NCBI GenBank assembly: GCA_964291625.2
Contig: OZ220089.1
Location: 3,840,001-3,904,000 of the forward strand
DNA: 64,000 nt
Reading direction: 5' to 3'
Origin: Candidatus Latescibacterota bacterium
GTDB taxonomy: Bacteria; Latescibacterota; UBA2968; UBA8231
The notes below the pieces were generated by a model, which had not been told where the DNA came from, did no database searches, and saw nothing but the letters and a program-made list of their open reading frames with translations. A program made the translations under genes and the position numbers. Each line of letters begins with the position of its first letter. The stretch's first letter is position 1. Shown piece by piece: positions 1 through 10,206 of the stretch.

Positions 1-286
1 AGAAGAGCAGCAGGTGTTCCTCGCCGTAGAGGACCATGAAGACCGCGCCCGCCCAGGCCGCGCCCACCGTGTGGGCGATCGTGTTCAGGGACAGAATGGC
101 GGCGATGGGGTGGTCCACCCGCTCGCGCAATGCGCGCAGGATCTGCCCCGTCCTCTTGCCGGCCTCGGCCATGGCCTCCACGTGCGCCATGGGCACGGCG
201 TAGAGGACCGCTTCGAAGAGCGAGCACATGGACGAGAAACCGATGGCCAGGGAGATGGCCAGAACCAGCTCCGTCATGTCCGTCAT
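1..286 (-). CDS. CNNM/DUF21 transmembrane domain protein (hemolysin/CorC-like), N-terminal part only; runs off the window
   Basis: Manual translation MTDMTELVLAISLAIGFSSMCSLFEAVLY...PIAAILSLNTIAHTVGAA matches the DUF21 pattern; GGAGG RBS upstream. Not in the ORF track. Confidence 0.8.
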   Translation of the reverse strand, partial: MTDMTELVLAISLAIGFSSMCSLFEAVLYAVPMAHVEAMAEAGKRTGQILRALRERVDHPIAAILSLNTIAHTVGAAWAGAVFMVLYGEEHLLLF

Positions 287-338
287 GGAGAGCCTCCAGG
301 AGGGGGGTCCGCGGCGGCGGGATGGCCGGACGCGGTGG

Positions 339-1990
339 TCATGATCGATTCAGCCCGAGGGCCGGGTCGGCGTGCACGAAGCGGCCATCCACCAGGGTCG
401 CCAGGACCGGCAGGCCGGCCAGGTCCATGGGGTCCACGGCGAAGGGGTCCTCGCCCAGGACCACGAGATCGGCGAGCATGCCCGGGACCAGCGACCCGAG
501 ACGGTCCTCCACCCCGCCGGCGAAGGCCGCCCCCCAGGTGAATCCGCGCACCGCCTCGGCCACCGTCAGCCTCTCCTGCGGCTGCCAGCCCCCGGCGCCG
601 GGAGAGCCGTCCGCCCGGCGGCGGGTGGCGGCGGCGTGGACCCCGGCCAGCGGCGGGATCGGTTCCACCGGCGTGTCCGATCCGAAGGCCAGCACCGCGC
701 CGGCCCGCCGCAGCGACTCGAAGGCGTAGGCCCACGGGGCCCGCTCCGGGCCCCAGAACCGGTCCACCATGGGGTAGTCGCTGGTGGCGTGGACCGGCTG
801 CACCGACGCGATCACCCGCAGTTCGGCGAAACGGGGGGCGTCCTGCGGGTCGATGACCTGCACGTGCTCGATGCGGTGCCGCAGCCGCCTCCCGGAGCCC
901 TCTTCCTCGGCCCGCGCCGCGGCCAGGGCGTCGAGGGCCTCGCGGTTGGCGCGGTCGCCGATGGCGTGGACGAAGCAGGCGAGGCCGTGGCGGCTGGCGC
1001 GGGTCACGGTCTCGCGCAGCTCCTCCGGCGCCATGAGGGGCATGCCGAGGTTGCCGGGCTCGTTCTCGTAGGGGGCCAGCATCCACGCCGTGCGCGGGCC
1101 GAGAGCGCCGTCGGCGAAGAGCTTGACGCCGCCGATCCACAGCATGTCGTCGCCGAAGCCGGAGCGCAGACCGGTGGCGATCGCCTCGTCGAGCCGGCTG
1201 GAGGGGATCGACTTGCAGACCCGGAGTCCCCGGTAGCCGCGCTCCCGCAGGATCTGCCAGGCCCGCAGGGCGCGGATGCCGTCGAGGTCGTGGACTCCGG
1301 TCAGGCCGCAGCGCCAGGCGGCGGGCAGGGCGGCGGCCATGGCGTCGGCCACCTGTTCCGCCGTCACCTCCGGCAGGCGGCCGGCCACCAGGCCGGAGGC
1401 CTCCTCGAGGAAGACCCCCGTGGGCTCGCCGGCCCCGTCGCGGACCACGGTGCCGCCGGCGGGGTCCGGGGTGCGGCGGGTCACGCCCGCGGCGTTCAGG
1501 GCCGCCGTGTTCGCCCACGAGGCGTGGCCGCTCTTGGCGGTCAGGAAGACGGGGTGATCCGGCGCGGCGCCGTCCAGGAGCCGGCGCGTGGGCCACTCGC
1601 CGGAGGCCCAGCGGTTGTGGTTCCAGCCGTGGCCGAGGATCCACTCGCCGGGCGGGGTGGCGGCGGGCCTCTCGCGCACGGCCGCCAGCACGTCCTCCAG
1701 CCGCGGCAGGTCGGCGTCGATGCGGGTCATGCCGAGGGCGAAGCCCTCGAAGTGGAGGTGGGCGTCCACCAGGCCCGGCAGACGCAGGCGCCCTCCAGGG
1801 CGATCCGGCGGGCGCCGGCGGGGGCGGCGGACAGGATCTCGTCGTCGGTGCCGGCGGCGGCGATGCGCCCGCCCCGGATCCACAGGGCCTCGGCCGGGGG
1901 CCGGCCCGCCTCCAGGGTGCGCACCCGGCCGCCGCTGAGGACGAGATCGGCGTCGTCGCCGGGGTCGTGCATCGGATCTCCGGTGGTCAT
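339..1990 (-). CDS. Amidohydrolase-3 family protein (YtcJ-like), frameshifted near 1781
   Basis: N-terminus (LVLSGGRVRT...GRIAAAG) is in ORF 1727..2032. LPGLVDAHLH, VKLFADGALG, HAIGD, RHRIEH, FGSDTP and GMLADLVVL are in ORF 339..1883. One added base (GTC[C]TG) joins them. Confidence 0.85.
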
Positions 1991-2052
1991 GCCTATCTTA
2001 CGGCCGTGAAGCTCGCCGCCTCCGCCGACCAAATCAACCGATCGATCGCGCC

Positions 2053-3489
2053 GTGAGCGATACCCAGTCGCTGGCCACCCGCACCGTGCGCGGCCTGTTC
2101 TGGACCGGCAGCGCCTTCGCCCTCCAGATCGCCACCACCCTCGTCTTCTACCGGCTCCTCGGGGCCGAGCGCATGGGCGGCTTCGAGTGGGCCCTGCTGC
2201 TGGTGATGCTCGCCGCCCTGCTCTGCGACCTCGGCCTCGGCAGCGCCCTGGTGCAGGACCGCGAGGCCGGCGACGAGCACTTCGACGCCGCCTTCTGGAC
2301 CTGCCTGGCCTTCGGCTCGGCGGTGACGGCCCTGGTCCTGGTCCTGGCGCCGGCCCTGGCCTCCTGGCTGTCCCGGGCGGAGACGCGGGACTTCGAGCCG
2401 ATCCTGTCGCGACTGGTCCTGCTCGTCCCCTTCGCCTCGGTCTCCGGCGTCTTCCGGGCCCGCCTGCAGCGGGACCTGCGCTGGCGGGCCATGGCCGCCG
2501 CCGAGATCGCCGCCTCCTTCGCCCACGCCGCCCTCTCCTTCGCCCTCCTCGCCGCCGGCCTGGGGGTCATGAGCGTCGTCTACGGCGCCCTGGCGCGCGA
2601 GGTCGTCCTGCTCATCGGGCTCGCCGTGGCCGCCCGCTGGCTGCCGCGCCCGGCGATGCGGCCCCCGGCCCTGCGCCGCATCGCCGCCTTCGGCCTCAAC
2701 CTCACCGGCTCCCGCTGCCTGCAGTACCTCGGCAGCAACCTCCCGCGGCTGTTCATCTACCCCTTCCTCGGGGAGGCGGCCATGGGCCACTTCAGCTTCG
2801 CCTACCGCCTGACGCTGCTGCCGCTGGTGCGCCTGTCCACGGTGATCACGCGGGTGTTCTTCCCCACCTTCTCGGCGATCCAGACGGACACCGACCTGCT
2901 GAGCCGCGCCTACCTGCGCTCGGTGGGCGCCATGGCCCTGGGGTACTGGCCGGTCCTCGCCGGCCTCGCCCTGCTCGCCGAGCCGGTGGTCACCCTGACC
3001 CGGCCCGACATGGCCCCCGCCGTGTGGCCCCTGCGGCTGCTGGCCCTGGCCACCCTGGTCAAAGCCGCGGGCACCGGTGCGGGCTCGGTCTGGCTCGCAT
3101 GCGGCCGCGCGAACTGGGCCCTCTACTGGGCCCTGGCGAGCCTCGCCATCCTGGCCCCGGCCCTCCACGCGGCCATCGGCTACGGCGTCACCGGGGTCGG
3201 CGCCGCGATCCTGCTGACCTCCCTGTTGTTCCTGGCCATCTCCCAGCACCTGGCCAACCGGCTCCTGGAGATCGGCTTCGCCGACTACCTGGCGGTGCTC
3301 TGGCGGCCGGCCCTGGTGGCCGCGGCGGTGGCCCTGGCGCTGGGTGTGACCTCGCCGTGGCGGCCGGAGGCGCCGCTGGCGGCGTGCGCCGCGGGGGGGC
3401 TGGCGGCGGCACTCGGCGGTCTGGCGGGCCTGCGTCTCTTCGCCTGGGACGACTTGCGGGAGATGTGGCGCAGCGTCCGCGGCGGGTAG
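2053..3489 (+). CDS. Polysaccharide/LPS flippase (Wzx, PST family of the MOP superfamily)
   Basis: 478 aa with many hydrophobic helices; [22 protein letters not shown] and RVFFPTFS motifs typical of WzxC-like exporters. Confidence 0.85.
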   Translation: MSDTQSLATRTVRGLFWTGSAFALQIATTLVFYRLLGAERMGGFEWALLLVMLAALLCDLGLGSALVQDREAGDEHFDAAFWTCLAFGSAVTALVLVLAPALASWLSRAETRDFEPILSRLVLLVPFASVSGVFRARLQRDLRWRAMAAAEIAASFAHAALSFALLAAGLGVMSVVYGALAREVVLLIGLAVAARWLPRPAMRPPALRRIAAFGLNLTGSRCLQYLGSNLPRLFIYPFLGEAAMGHFSFAYRLTLLPLVRLSTVITRVFFPTFSAIQTDTDLLSRAYLRSVGAMALGYWPVLAGLALLAEPVVTLTRPDMAPAVWPLRLLALATLVKAAGTGAGSVWLACGRANWALYWALASLAILAPALHAAIGYGVTGVGAAILLTSLLFLAISQHLANRLLEIGFADYLAVLWRPALVAAAVALALGVTSPWRPEAPLAACAAGGLAAALGGLAGLRLFAWDDLREMWRSVRGG

Positions 3490-3589
3490 GCCCGGTCTTT
3501 CCATGATATGGCGGGGCCAGTACTTTTTCCCGCTGGAACTTCCTTCAGGCCGCTGCAGCGGCCGCCTTTCACCAGGAGCAGCAAGAGAG

Positions 3590-4495
3590 ATGGATCCCCA
3601 GAGCGGCAACGGCCAGGCCACCGGCACCCACCGCCTCAAGACCGGGTTGGCGGAGATGCTCAAGGGCGGCGTCATCATGGACGTCACCGACAAGGACCAG
3701 GCCCGGGTCGCCGAAGACGCGGGCGCGGTCTCGGTCATGGCCCTCGAGCGGGTGCCCGCCGACATCCGCAAGGAAGGCGGCGTGGCGCGCATGGCCAGCA
3801 TCGCCAAGATCCGCGAGATCATGGAGTCGGTGAGCATCCCGGTCATGGCCAAGTGCCGCATCGGCCACTTCGCCGAGGCCCAGATCCTGCAGGCCCTGGG
3901 GGTCGACTACATCGACGAGAGCGAGGTCCTGACCCCGGCCGACGAGCACTTCCACGTGGACAAGTTCGCCTTCCAGGTGCCCTTCGTCTGCGGCTGCCGC
4001 GACCTGGGCGAGGCCCTGCGCCGCATCGGCGAGGGCGCCGCCATGATCCGCACCAAGGGCGAGGCCGGCTCCGGCAACATCGTCGAGGCCGTGCGCCACA
4101 TGCGCGCCGTCATGGACGGCGTCCGGCGCCTCACCACCCTGGCCCCGGAGCAACTCATGACCGAGGCCAAGGAGCTGGGCGCGCCCTTCGACCTCGTGCG
4201 CCTCGTGGCCGAGACCGGCCAGGTGCCGGTGCCCAACTTCTCCGCCGGCGGCATCGCCACCCCCGCCGACGCCTCGCTGATGATGCAGCTCGGCGCCGAG
4301 TCGGTCTTCGTCGGCTCCGGGATCTTCAAGTCCACCGACCCGAAGAACCGGGCCGAGGCGATCGTCAAGGCGACGACCAACTACCAGGATCCCGATGTGC
4401 TCGTGCAGGTCTCCGAGCAGCTCGGAGAGGCGATGCCGGGGATCGAGATGGAGACCCTCGGCGAGGGCGAGAAGCTGCAGACGCGGGGCTGGTAG
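3590..4495 (+). CDS. pdxS: Pyridoxal 5'-phosphate synthase lyase subunit
   Basis: [50 protein letters not shown]-terminal RGW. Confidence 0.97.
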   Translation: MDPQSGNGQATGTHRLKTGLAEMLKGGVIMDVTDKDQARVAEDAGAVSVMALERVPADIRKEGGVARMASIAKIREIMESVSIPVMAKCRIGHFAEAQILQALGVDYIDESEVLTPADEHFHVDKFAFQVPFVCGCRDLGEALRRIGEGAAMIRTKGEAGSGNIVEAVRHMRAVMDGVRRLTTLAPEQLMTEAKELGAPFDLVRLVAETGQVPVPNFSAGGIATPADASLMMQLGAESVFVGSGIFKSTDPKNRAEAIVKATTNYQDPDVLVQVSEQLGEAMPGIEMETLGEGEKLQTRGW

Positions 4496-4523
4496 GCATC
4501 ACCGGAACCCGCGGCTGGATCGA

Positions 4524-4556
4524 GGAGGCGCCCCACTTCGGGGGCGTCTCCTTTTC
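4524..4556 (+). terminator. Intrinsic terminator-like hairpin between pdxS and pdxT
   Basis: GGAGGCGCCCC-ACTTCG-GGGGCGTCTCC followed by TTTTCT. Confidence 0.7.
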
Positions 4557-4583
4557 TGTGCGCGAACCATGGGGAGAGGTGCG

Positions 4584-5192
4584 GTGAGCGGAGCGGGACC
4601 GGTGGTCGGCGTGCTGGCCCTGCAGGGCGACTTCGAGGCCCACGCGCGGGTCCTGCGCGGCCTCGGCGCCCGCTGCCCGGCGGTGCGCAAGGCAGGGCAG
4701 CTCGACGGCCTGGACGGCCTCGTCATCCCCGGGGGCGAGAGCACCACCCTCATCAAGCTGATGGACGCCTTCGATTTCTGGGAGCCCCTCGACGCCTTCA
4801 TCGCCTCGGGCCGCCCGGTCTTCGGCACCTGCGCCGGGGCGATCCTTCTGGCCTCGGAGGTCCTCAACCCGCGGCAGCGCAGCCTCGGCGCCATGGACAT
4901 CACCGTCGAGCGCAACAGCTACGGTCGCCAGCTGGACAGCTTCGAGGGGGCCGGCAGGTTCCGGCCGCGCCCAGGCGGCGAGACCGAGATCGAGATGGTC
5001 TTCATCCGCGCCCCCCGCATCACCCGGATGGGCGCCGGCGTCGAGGCGCTGGGCGAGTGCCGCGGCGACACGGTGGTGGCCCGCCAGGGGGGTCTGCTGG
5101 CGGCCACCTTCCACCCCGAGCTGAGCGCCGGGGCGCAGGTGCACCGCCTTTTCCTGGAGATGACGGCCGCGGCCGCCGCGGGCCGAAGCTAG
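4584..5192 (+). CDS. pdxT: PLP synthase glutaminase subunit
   Basis: GVLALQGDF, PGGESTT, GTCAG, RNSYGRQ, FIRAP, FHPEL; GTG start inferred after GGAGAGG. Confidence 0.96.
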   Translation: MSGAGPVVGVLALQGDFEAHARVLRGLGARCPAVRKAGQLDGLDGLVIPGGESTTLIKLMDAFDFWEPLDAFIASGRPVFGTCAGAILLASEVLNPRQRSLGAMDITVERNSYGRQLDSFEGAGRFRPRPGGETEIEMVFIRAPRITRMGAGVEALGECRGDTVVARQGGLLAATFHPELSAGAQVHRLFLEMTAAAAAGRS

Positions 5193-5731
5193 AAGCGCAG
5201 GCCCACCTTCGCCGTGAACCGGTTGATGCCGAGTGGCTCGTCGGCGAAGATGAAGTCGCGCTGGTACTGCAGGCCCAGGCTGAGGTTGTCGGTGAGCAGG
5301 ACCTCGGCGCCGACGCCGGGGGCGAGGCCGAAGCGGGTGTCGCCCTCGCCCGGAGCGTAGAGCTCGGCGTCGAGGCTGAGGTGGTAGTTGAAGGGCTCGT
5401 ACTCGAGGATGTTGCGCACGCCGACGCCGAAGAGGCTGGTCTCCTGGTCCTGGATGAAGGCGTAGCTGGCGTGCACGCCGAGCCAGTCCTCGGTGCGCCA
5501 GCCCACGTTCAGGCCGTACATCAGGTCGGTCTCAGCGTCGTCGTCGGACTCCACGATGGCGGCCCCCATGAAGGGGGCGACGGACCACGTCCCCGGGGTG
5601 CCCGCCAGCCGGTAGCCTCCCTTGCCGATCTCGCTGCCCTCGGGCCCGTCGGTGCGCCCCGGGGAGGCGTCCCCCGCGAAGGCGCCCGCCGTCCACAGGG
5701 TCACCGCTGCCGCTGCGGTCCAGGCTCTCAT
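5189..5731 (-). CDS. Small outer-membrane beta-barrel protein (OmpA/OmpW-like)
   Basis: Signal peptide MRAWTAAAAVTLWTAGAFA, alternating beta-strand pattern, C-terminal KVGLRF; GGAGG RBS. Confidence 0.7.
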   Translation of the reverse strand: MRAWTAAAAVTLWTAGAFAGDASPGRTDGPEGSEIGKGGYRLAGTPGTWSVAPFMGAAIVESDDDAETDLMYGLNVGWRTEDWLGVHASYAFIQDQETSLFGVGVRNILEYEPFNYHLSLDAELYAPGEGDTRFGLAPGVGAEVLLTDNLSLGLQYQRDFIFADEPLGINRFTAKVGLRF

Positions 5732-5740
5732 TCCCACCTC

Positions 5741-6343
5741 CTAGAAGCCGATGGCCCTCTTCTTGAAGGCCTTGGTGATCTCCTTGTGGTCGGTCCACAC
5801 GATCACGCTGGTCTCGATGTCGGTGAGCTCGAAGGTCGCCTTGTAGTAGACGACCTTGTCCTTGCCCACCTGCTGGATCGTCGAGGTGATCACCAGGCCG
5901 AGGAGGAACTCGGCGGCCTGCTGCCGGCCGGGGCCCTTGGCCTGGGACGGGTCGACGTACCCGGAGCCCTGGTACTCGTACTCCCTGGCGATCTCGCGGC
6001 GGGCCGCCTTGTCGAGGAAGGTGAACTCGCCGCTGTTGATCAGCGCCGTCTTCACGTGGTCGTACAGGGCCTGCAGGTCGATGTGCTCGGTGGTGCGGTT
6101 CCTCGGCGTCTCGAGGATGATCGTGGGATCGCCGTCGAGGGCGTCGCGCTCCTTCCAGCTCTGCAGGGAGGTGACGATCTTCCTGGCCACCAGCTGCATG
6201 TCGTTCTGGTTCCAGTCGTCGTCGAGCATGACGATCTCTTCGGGGTCGGTGTAGGTCCCCTGGGTGAAAGCCCGGGGTCCCGCGCAGGCCGACAGTCCGG
6301 CCGCGGCCAGGGCCGCGGCGCACGTCATCGCGATTCCATTCAT
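5741..6343 (-). CDS. lpoB: Penicillin-binding protein activator LpoB-like lipoprotein
   Basis: Lipobox LSAC; NRTTEHID, LINSGEFTF, YYKATFELTDIETSVIVW motifs; start codon uncertain. Confidence 0.8.
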   Translation of the reverse strand: MNGIAMTCAAALAAAGLSACAGPRAFTQGTYTDPEEIVMLDDDWNQNDMQLVARKIVTSLQSWKERDALDGDPTIILETPRNRTTEHIDLQALYDHVKTALINSGEFTFLDKAARREIAREYEYQGSGYVDPSQAKGPGRQQAAEFLLGLVITSTIQQVGKDKVVYYKATFELTDIETSVIVWTDHKEITKAFKKRAIGF

Positions 6344-6348
6344 GCCTT

Positions 6349-7185
6349 TCACTCCCACTCGCACTCGAAGTGCGAACGTTCCATGTGCCAGCGGTTGTCG
6401 AGCATCGCGTCCTGCCGGTGCAGGACCTGCAGCGAGCAGAACCGCTGCAGCGAGCTGGCCGGGTAGTCGAAGGTGAACTCCTGGACCCCCTTGCGGTCGG
6501 CCGCGGGGATGTCCGCCTCGGTGTAGATGTTCGGCCGCGTCGAGGTGAAGACCAGGGCGCGCTTGGCCCCGGGCACCTTCAGCGGCACGCGGGCCACGAA
6601 ACTGACGCGGCGCACCTGTTTCGGCAACAGCAGGTCGGTGTTGTCCACCGCCGTGCCGCGGCGCCCCGCCCGGGCGAGTACGTCCGCGAGGCTGCCGAAG
6701 AACACGCGCTCGCGGTCGCCGTCGGGGATGATCAGGTAGAGGTAGGCCCGGTGCGCCCGGGCGGAGACCGCCGCGCCGCCGAGGCCCTCGAAGTCCATGT
6801 GGATGGCCAGGTCGAGGGAACGGTTCGGCGGCAGGGCGTGGAGCGACATGGCCTGGATGACCTTCTCGGTGACCCCGCTCTTCTTGAGGCGCACCAGCGA
6901 GCCGACCGAGGCGTCGCAGGCGCAGCGGCGCTCCTCGAGCATCTTGAGGATCATCTCCTCGCTGAACTTCGCCTCCGTGAGGGAGACGATGTCGTGGAGG
7001 CTCATGGGGAGCTGGTCGGAGCGCTCGTACAGGGGCGGCAGCGCGCCGCCCTCCCAGTCGACGATGTTGAAGACGTACCCCGGCGGCAGGGTGCGGCCGC
7101 CGCCGGCGGGGCTGGCCGTCTGGGCCGGGGCGGCCCCGGCGGCGAGCAGCACCAGGGCCGCGGCGCCGGTGAGGAATCCCGTCAT
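6349..7185 (-). CDS. Hypothetical secreted protein
   Basis: Signal peptide MTGFLTGAAALVLLAAGAAPA, host-like codon usage, sits in an operon between the COG3014-like gene and lpoB. Confidence 0.7.
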   Translation of the reverse strand: MTGFLTGAAALVLLAAGAAPAQTASPAGGGRTLPPGYVFNIVDWEGGALPPLYERSDQLPMSLHDIVSLTEAKFSEEMILKMLEERRCACDASVGSLVRLKKSGVTEKVIQAMSLHALPPNRSLDLAIHMDFEGLGGAAVSARAHRAYLYLIIPDGDRERVFFGSLADVLARAGRRGTAVDNTDLLLPKQVRRVSFVARVPLKVPGAKRALVFTSTRPNIYTEADIPAADRKGVQEFTFDYPASSLQRFCSLQVLHRQDAMLDNRWHMERSHFECEWE

Positions 7186-7207
7186 CGCTTGGTCGATCCT
7201 TCCTTCT

Positions 7208-8563
7208 TCAGCGGAAGCTGCGCCAGCTGAGGAATACGGGGTGCTCGCCGTTCGCCTGCACGCCGGTGAACGCGTGCCGGTCGACGACACCGCCTTGTGC
7301 ATTGATAAACTCCAGAACCACCTCCCGCGTTCCCGGCGGCATCTGCATTCGAGCCATCCAGATGGTCCGCGGCAGGGCGAGCCAGCTGCGGGTGTCGGCC
7401 GCCTCGGTGCCGGCGCCGAAGAGGTTGATCAGGGCCCCGAGGACCTCGCTCTCCTCCTCGGCGGCCTCCTTGGCCAGCCACTTGGCCGCGGCCCGGGCCA
7501 CCGTGCGCCGCAGGATGACGTCCTCCTTGTCGCGCAGGGTGCGCCCGGCGATGGCGTCCAGGTCCTCCACCAGCCAGCCGCGGGCCTGGGCGTCGCCGGC
7601 GCGCAGGCGCACGCCGGCGACCTCGCTGCGGGCGGGCTCGTACACGGGCAGGGCCACCCGCAGCCAGTACTCCACCTTGCCCCTGTACCCGGAATGGTAC
7701 TGCCGCACGGCGCGGTCGGAGATCGTCCAGACCTCCGTGAGCTGGCCGCCCTTGGTGATCGGCACGTTGATCTCGCTCTGTCCCTTGCGCCCCACGAAGC
7801 CGGTCTCGGCGAAGACGGTCACCGTGCCGGGCCCCAGGGGCGGGGCCCCGGAGGCTTCGGGGTCGAGGCCCCAGCGCTCCTGCAGCTCCGTCCACTCGGG
7901 CTCGAAACCGAGTACCGCGGTGGTGCGGCGCAGGTCGGCGGCCAGGCTCGGCGGCGGCGCCAGGCCGAAGGCGTCGGCGTACGCGGCGTAGCCCTTGACC
8001 GCGTCCCGGTAGGAGATGTAGGCGTCGTTGACCTCGCCCCCGGCCTCGTAGAGGAGGCCGGTGAGGTACTGCATGAAGGCGTCGTTGCGGTAGCCGAGCT
8101 CGTACTCGGCGGCCTCGGCGAAATCGGCGAGACGCAGGTTCGCCTTGCGGCACTCGACGAGGGCGCCCTGGTGGTCGCCGAGGTAGTGGTAGTTCAGGGC
8201 CCGGTAGTAGTGGATGAGGACGCGCTCGTACTCCTCGCCCGAGTAGGCGCGGATGGCGTCGTTGGTGAGCAGGGCCGCCACCTCGCGGCTGATGGAGCGA
8301 GTGTAGTGCCGGTCGATGAGCTTCTCGGCCTTCTCGAACTGGCCGTTGGAGCCCGTGTAGTCGCCGGCGTAGTGGAGGATCAGCCCCTTCTCCAGCCGGT
8401 AGAGGAGCATGTTGGTGTCGCCCAACGGCTTGTCGAGCTTGCTCAGCGCCCCCTCCCAGTCGCGGCTCTGCACGCGCCCCAGGCTCTTGCCCATGGTGCG
8501 CGAGTAGCCGGCGGCGCAGCCGGCCAGGACCGCCGCCAGGAGCAGGACCACGCCCGCCCGCAT
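7208..8563 (-). CDS. COG3014-like TPR lipoprotein
   Basis: Lipobox LAGC; LLYRLEKG, YSGEEYERVL, ALVECRKAN and ADTRSWLALP motifs; family commonly found next to lpoB. Confidence 0.8.
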   Translation of the reverse strand: MRAGVVLLLAAVLAGCAAGYSRTMGKSLGRVQSRDWEGALSKLDKPLGDTNMLLYRLEKGLILHYAGDYTGSNGQFEKAEKLIDRHYTRSISREVAALLTNDAIRAYSGEEYERVLIHYYRALNYHYLGDHQGALVECRKANLRLADFAEAAEYELGYRNDAFMQYLTGLLYEAGGEVNDAYISYRDAVKGYAAYADAFGLAPPPSLAADLRRTTAVLGFEPEWTELQERWGLDPEASGAPPLGPGTVTVFAETGFVGRKGQSEINVPITKGGQLTEVWTISDRAVRQYHSGYRGKVEYWLRVALPVYEPARSEVAGVRLRAGDAQARGWLVEDLDAIAGRTLRDKEDVILRRTVARAAAKWLAKEAAEEESEVLGALINLFGAGTEAADTRSWLALPRTIWMARMQMPPGTREVVLEFINAQGGVVDRHAFTGVQANGEHPVFLSWRSFR

Positions 8564-8709
8564 CCAGGCCCCCTGTCCCGTCATCCCTGATCCGGCCTCA
8601 TGCCACGCTCCCGGGCGCGCGTACGCCGGCGCCGGTGCCGTCGGTATGCACACCCCCGTTAGGATGCCCTGCCGCTCCCCGCCGTTCCCCACTCTCCCAT
8701 CCCCCCGGC

Positions 8710-9084
8710 TCAGGCGCCGGGCCGTTCCACGGTGATCTCCATGCCGTCGCGCACGCCGGCCAGCACCCTCGGGTCCTCCTCCAGCCGGCCCAGCAGGTTG
8801 ACCTCGGTCACCAGCCGGCACTCGTCCCCGCGGGAGGCCGGCGTCGGACCGTAGGGCAGGGCCAGGGAGCGGCCTTCCACCCAGAAGCAGACGGTCCCGG
8901 GATCGACGACCTGGGCCGCGTCCGCCTCGAGGGCGGCCTCCACGCCGGTGTCGAAGTAGACCTCCTCGCCCCAGGTGCTGGCCCGGGAGCGGATCGGCAG
9001 GGCCGCCAGCAGGGCCCGCGACGTGGGTGTGTCGTCGAGATCGGCGTGGGCCTGGCCGCCGGGCCAGCTCAGTCGGATGCGCAT
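8710..9084 (-). CDS. Cyclophilin-like fold protein (DUF369/TM1367 type)
   Basis: TWGEEVYF, FWVEGRSLALPYGPTP, VNLLG; AGGAG RBS. Confidence 0.8.
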   Translation of the reverse strand: MRIRLSWPGGQAHADLDDTPTSRALLAALPIRSRASTWGEEVYFDTGVEAALEADAAQVVDPGTVCFWVEGRSLALPYGPTPASRGDECRLVTEVNLLGRLEEDPRVLAGVRDGMEITVERPGA

Positions 9085-9150
9085 CTCCCTCTCCTTTCGT
9101 GCCCGCACTAATCTGGCGGACCCCTCCCGGCGCCGCTACCATTGCCGCCC

Positions 9151-10206
9151 ATGACCTCAACCGATCCCGTGGTCGCCGCCGTGGTCGGCTACGGCTACGC
9201 CGGCCGCTGCTTCCACTCGTACCTGGTCCGCCTCGCCGAGCCCGGGCTGTCCCTGAAGGGCGTCGTCTCCAGCCGCCCGGAGGCGCGAGAGGCGATCGCC
9301 GCCGAGGGCCTGCGCGCCTGGGAGCGCTTCGAGGAGGTCCTCGCCGACGACGAGGTGGAGCTGGTGGTGCTGGCCACCCCGAACGACCTGCACGCGCCCC
9401 AGGCGATCGCCGCCCTCGAGGGCGGCAAGCACGTGGTCACCGACAAGCCCATGAGCCTCGACGGCGCCGAGGCCGACGCCATGATCGCCGCCTCGCGCCG
9501 GGCCGGCCGCCTGCTGTCGGTCTTCCAGAACCGCCGCTGGGACGGCGACTACCTCACGGTGCGGCAGCTGCTGGCCGAGGGGGCCCTGGGCGATCTCGTC
9601 TACGCCCAGCTCGCCTGGGGGCAGTACGGGGCGCCGCGCTCCTGGAGGGGGCGGGCGGCCAGCGGCGGCGGCAAGTTCGTCGACCTCGGGGCCCACATGA
9701 TCGACCAGGCCCTGCTGCTGGCCCCCGGCCCGCTGCAGCGGGTCTACGCCCGGCTCTCCGACGCCGGCCTCGACAACGACGTGGAGGACCATGCCCACTG
9801 CGTCCTCTCCTTCGGCGGCGGCGCCGAGATCCACGTGGTCACCTCCTCCATCGCCCGGATCCCCATGCCGCGCTGGTACGTCCTCGGCACCGACGGCGCC
9901 CTGACCAAGGAGGGGCTGGACCCGCAGGAGGCGGCCATGGTGGCCGGCGACATCGACTCGGCGCGCGAGGAGGACCGCCTCCTCTGGCCGCGCCTGTCGC
10001 GCCACCGGGACGGCCGCCCCCTGGAGGAGGTGCTCGAGCCGGTGGCCGGCCGCTGGCGCTCCTACTACGAGAACGTGGCCGCCGCCATCCGGGGCCGGGA
10101 GGAGCTGGCGGTCACGGCGGAGAGCGTCCGCGCCGTCATGGGCGTCATCGACGCCGCCCGCGAGTCGGCCCGCAGCGGCCGCGCCGTGGAGATCGCCGCC
10201 TCTTGA
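9151..10206 (+). CDS. Gfo/Idh/MocA oxidoreductase (YdgJ/IolW-like)
   Basis: VVGYGYAG, LATPNDLH, KHVVTDKP, FQNRRWDGD, DLGAHMIDQA. Confidence 0.9.
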   Translation: MTSTDPVVAAVVGYGYAGRCFHSYLVRLAEPGLSLKGVVSSRPEAREAIAAEGLRAWERFEEVLADDEVELVVLATPNDLHAPQAIAALEGGKHVVTDKPMSLDGAEADAMIAASRRAGRLLSVFQNRRWDGDYLTVRQLLAEGALGDLVYAQLAWGQYGAPRSWRGRAASGGGKFVDLGAHMIDQALLLAPGPLQRVYARLSDAGLDNDVEDHAHCVLSFGGGAEIHVVTSSIARIPMPRWYVLGTDGALTKEGLDPQEAAMVAGDIDSAREEDRLLWPRLSRHRDGRPLEEVLEPVAGRWRSYYENVAAAIRGREELAVTAESVRAVMGVIDAARESARSGRAVEIAAS

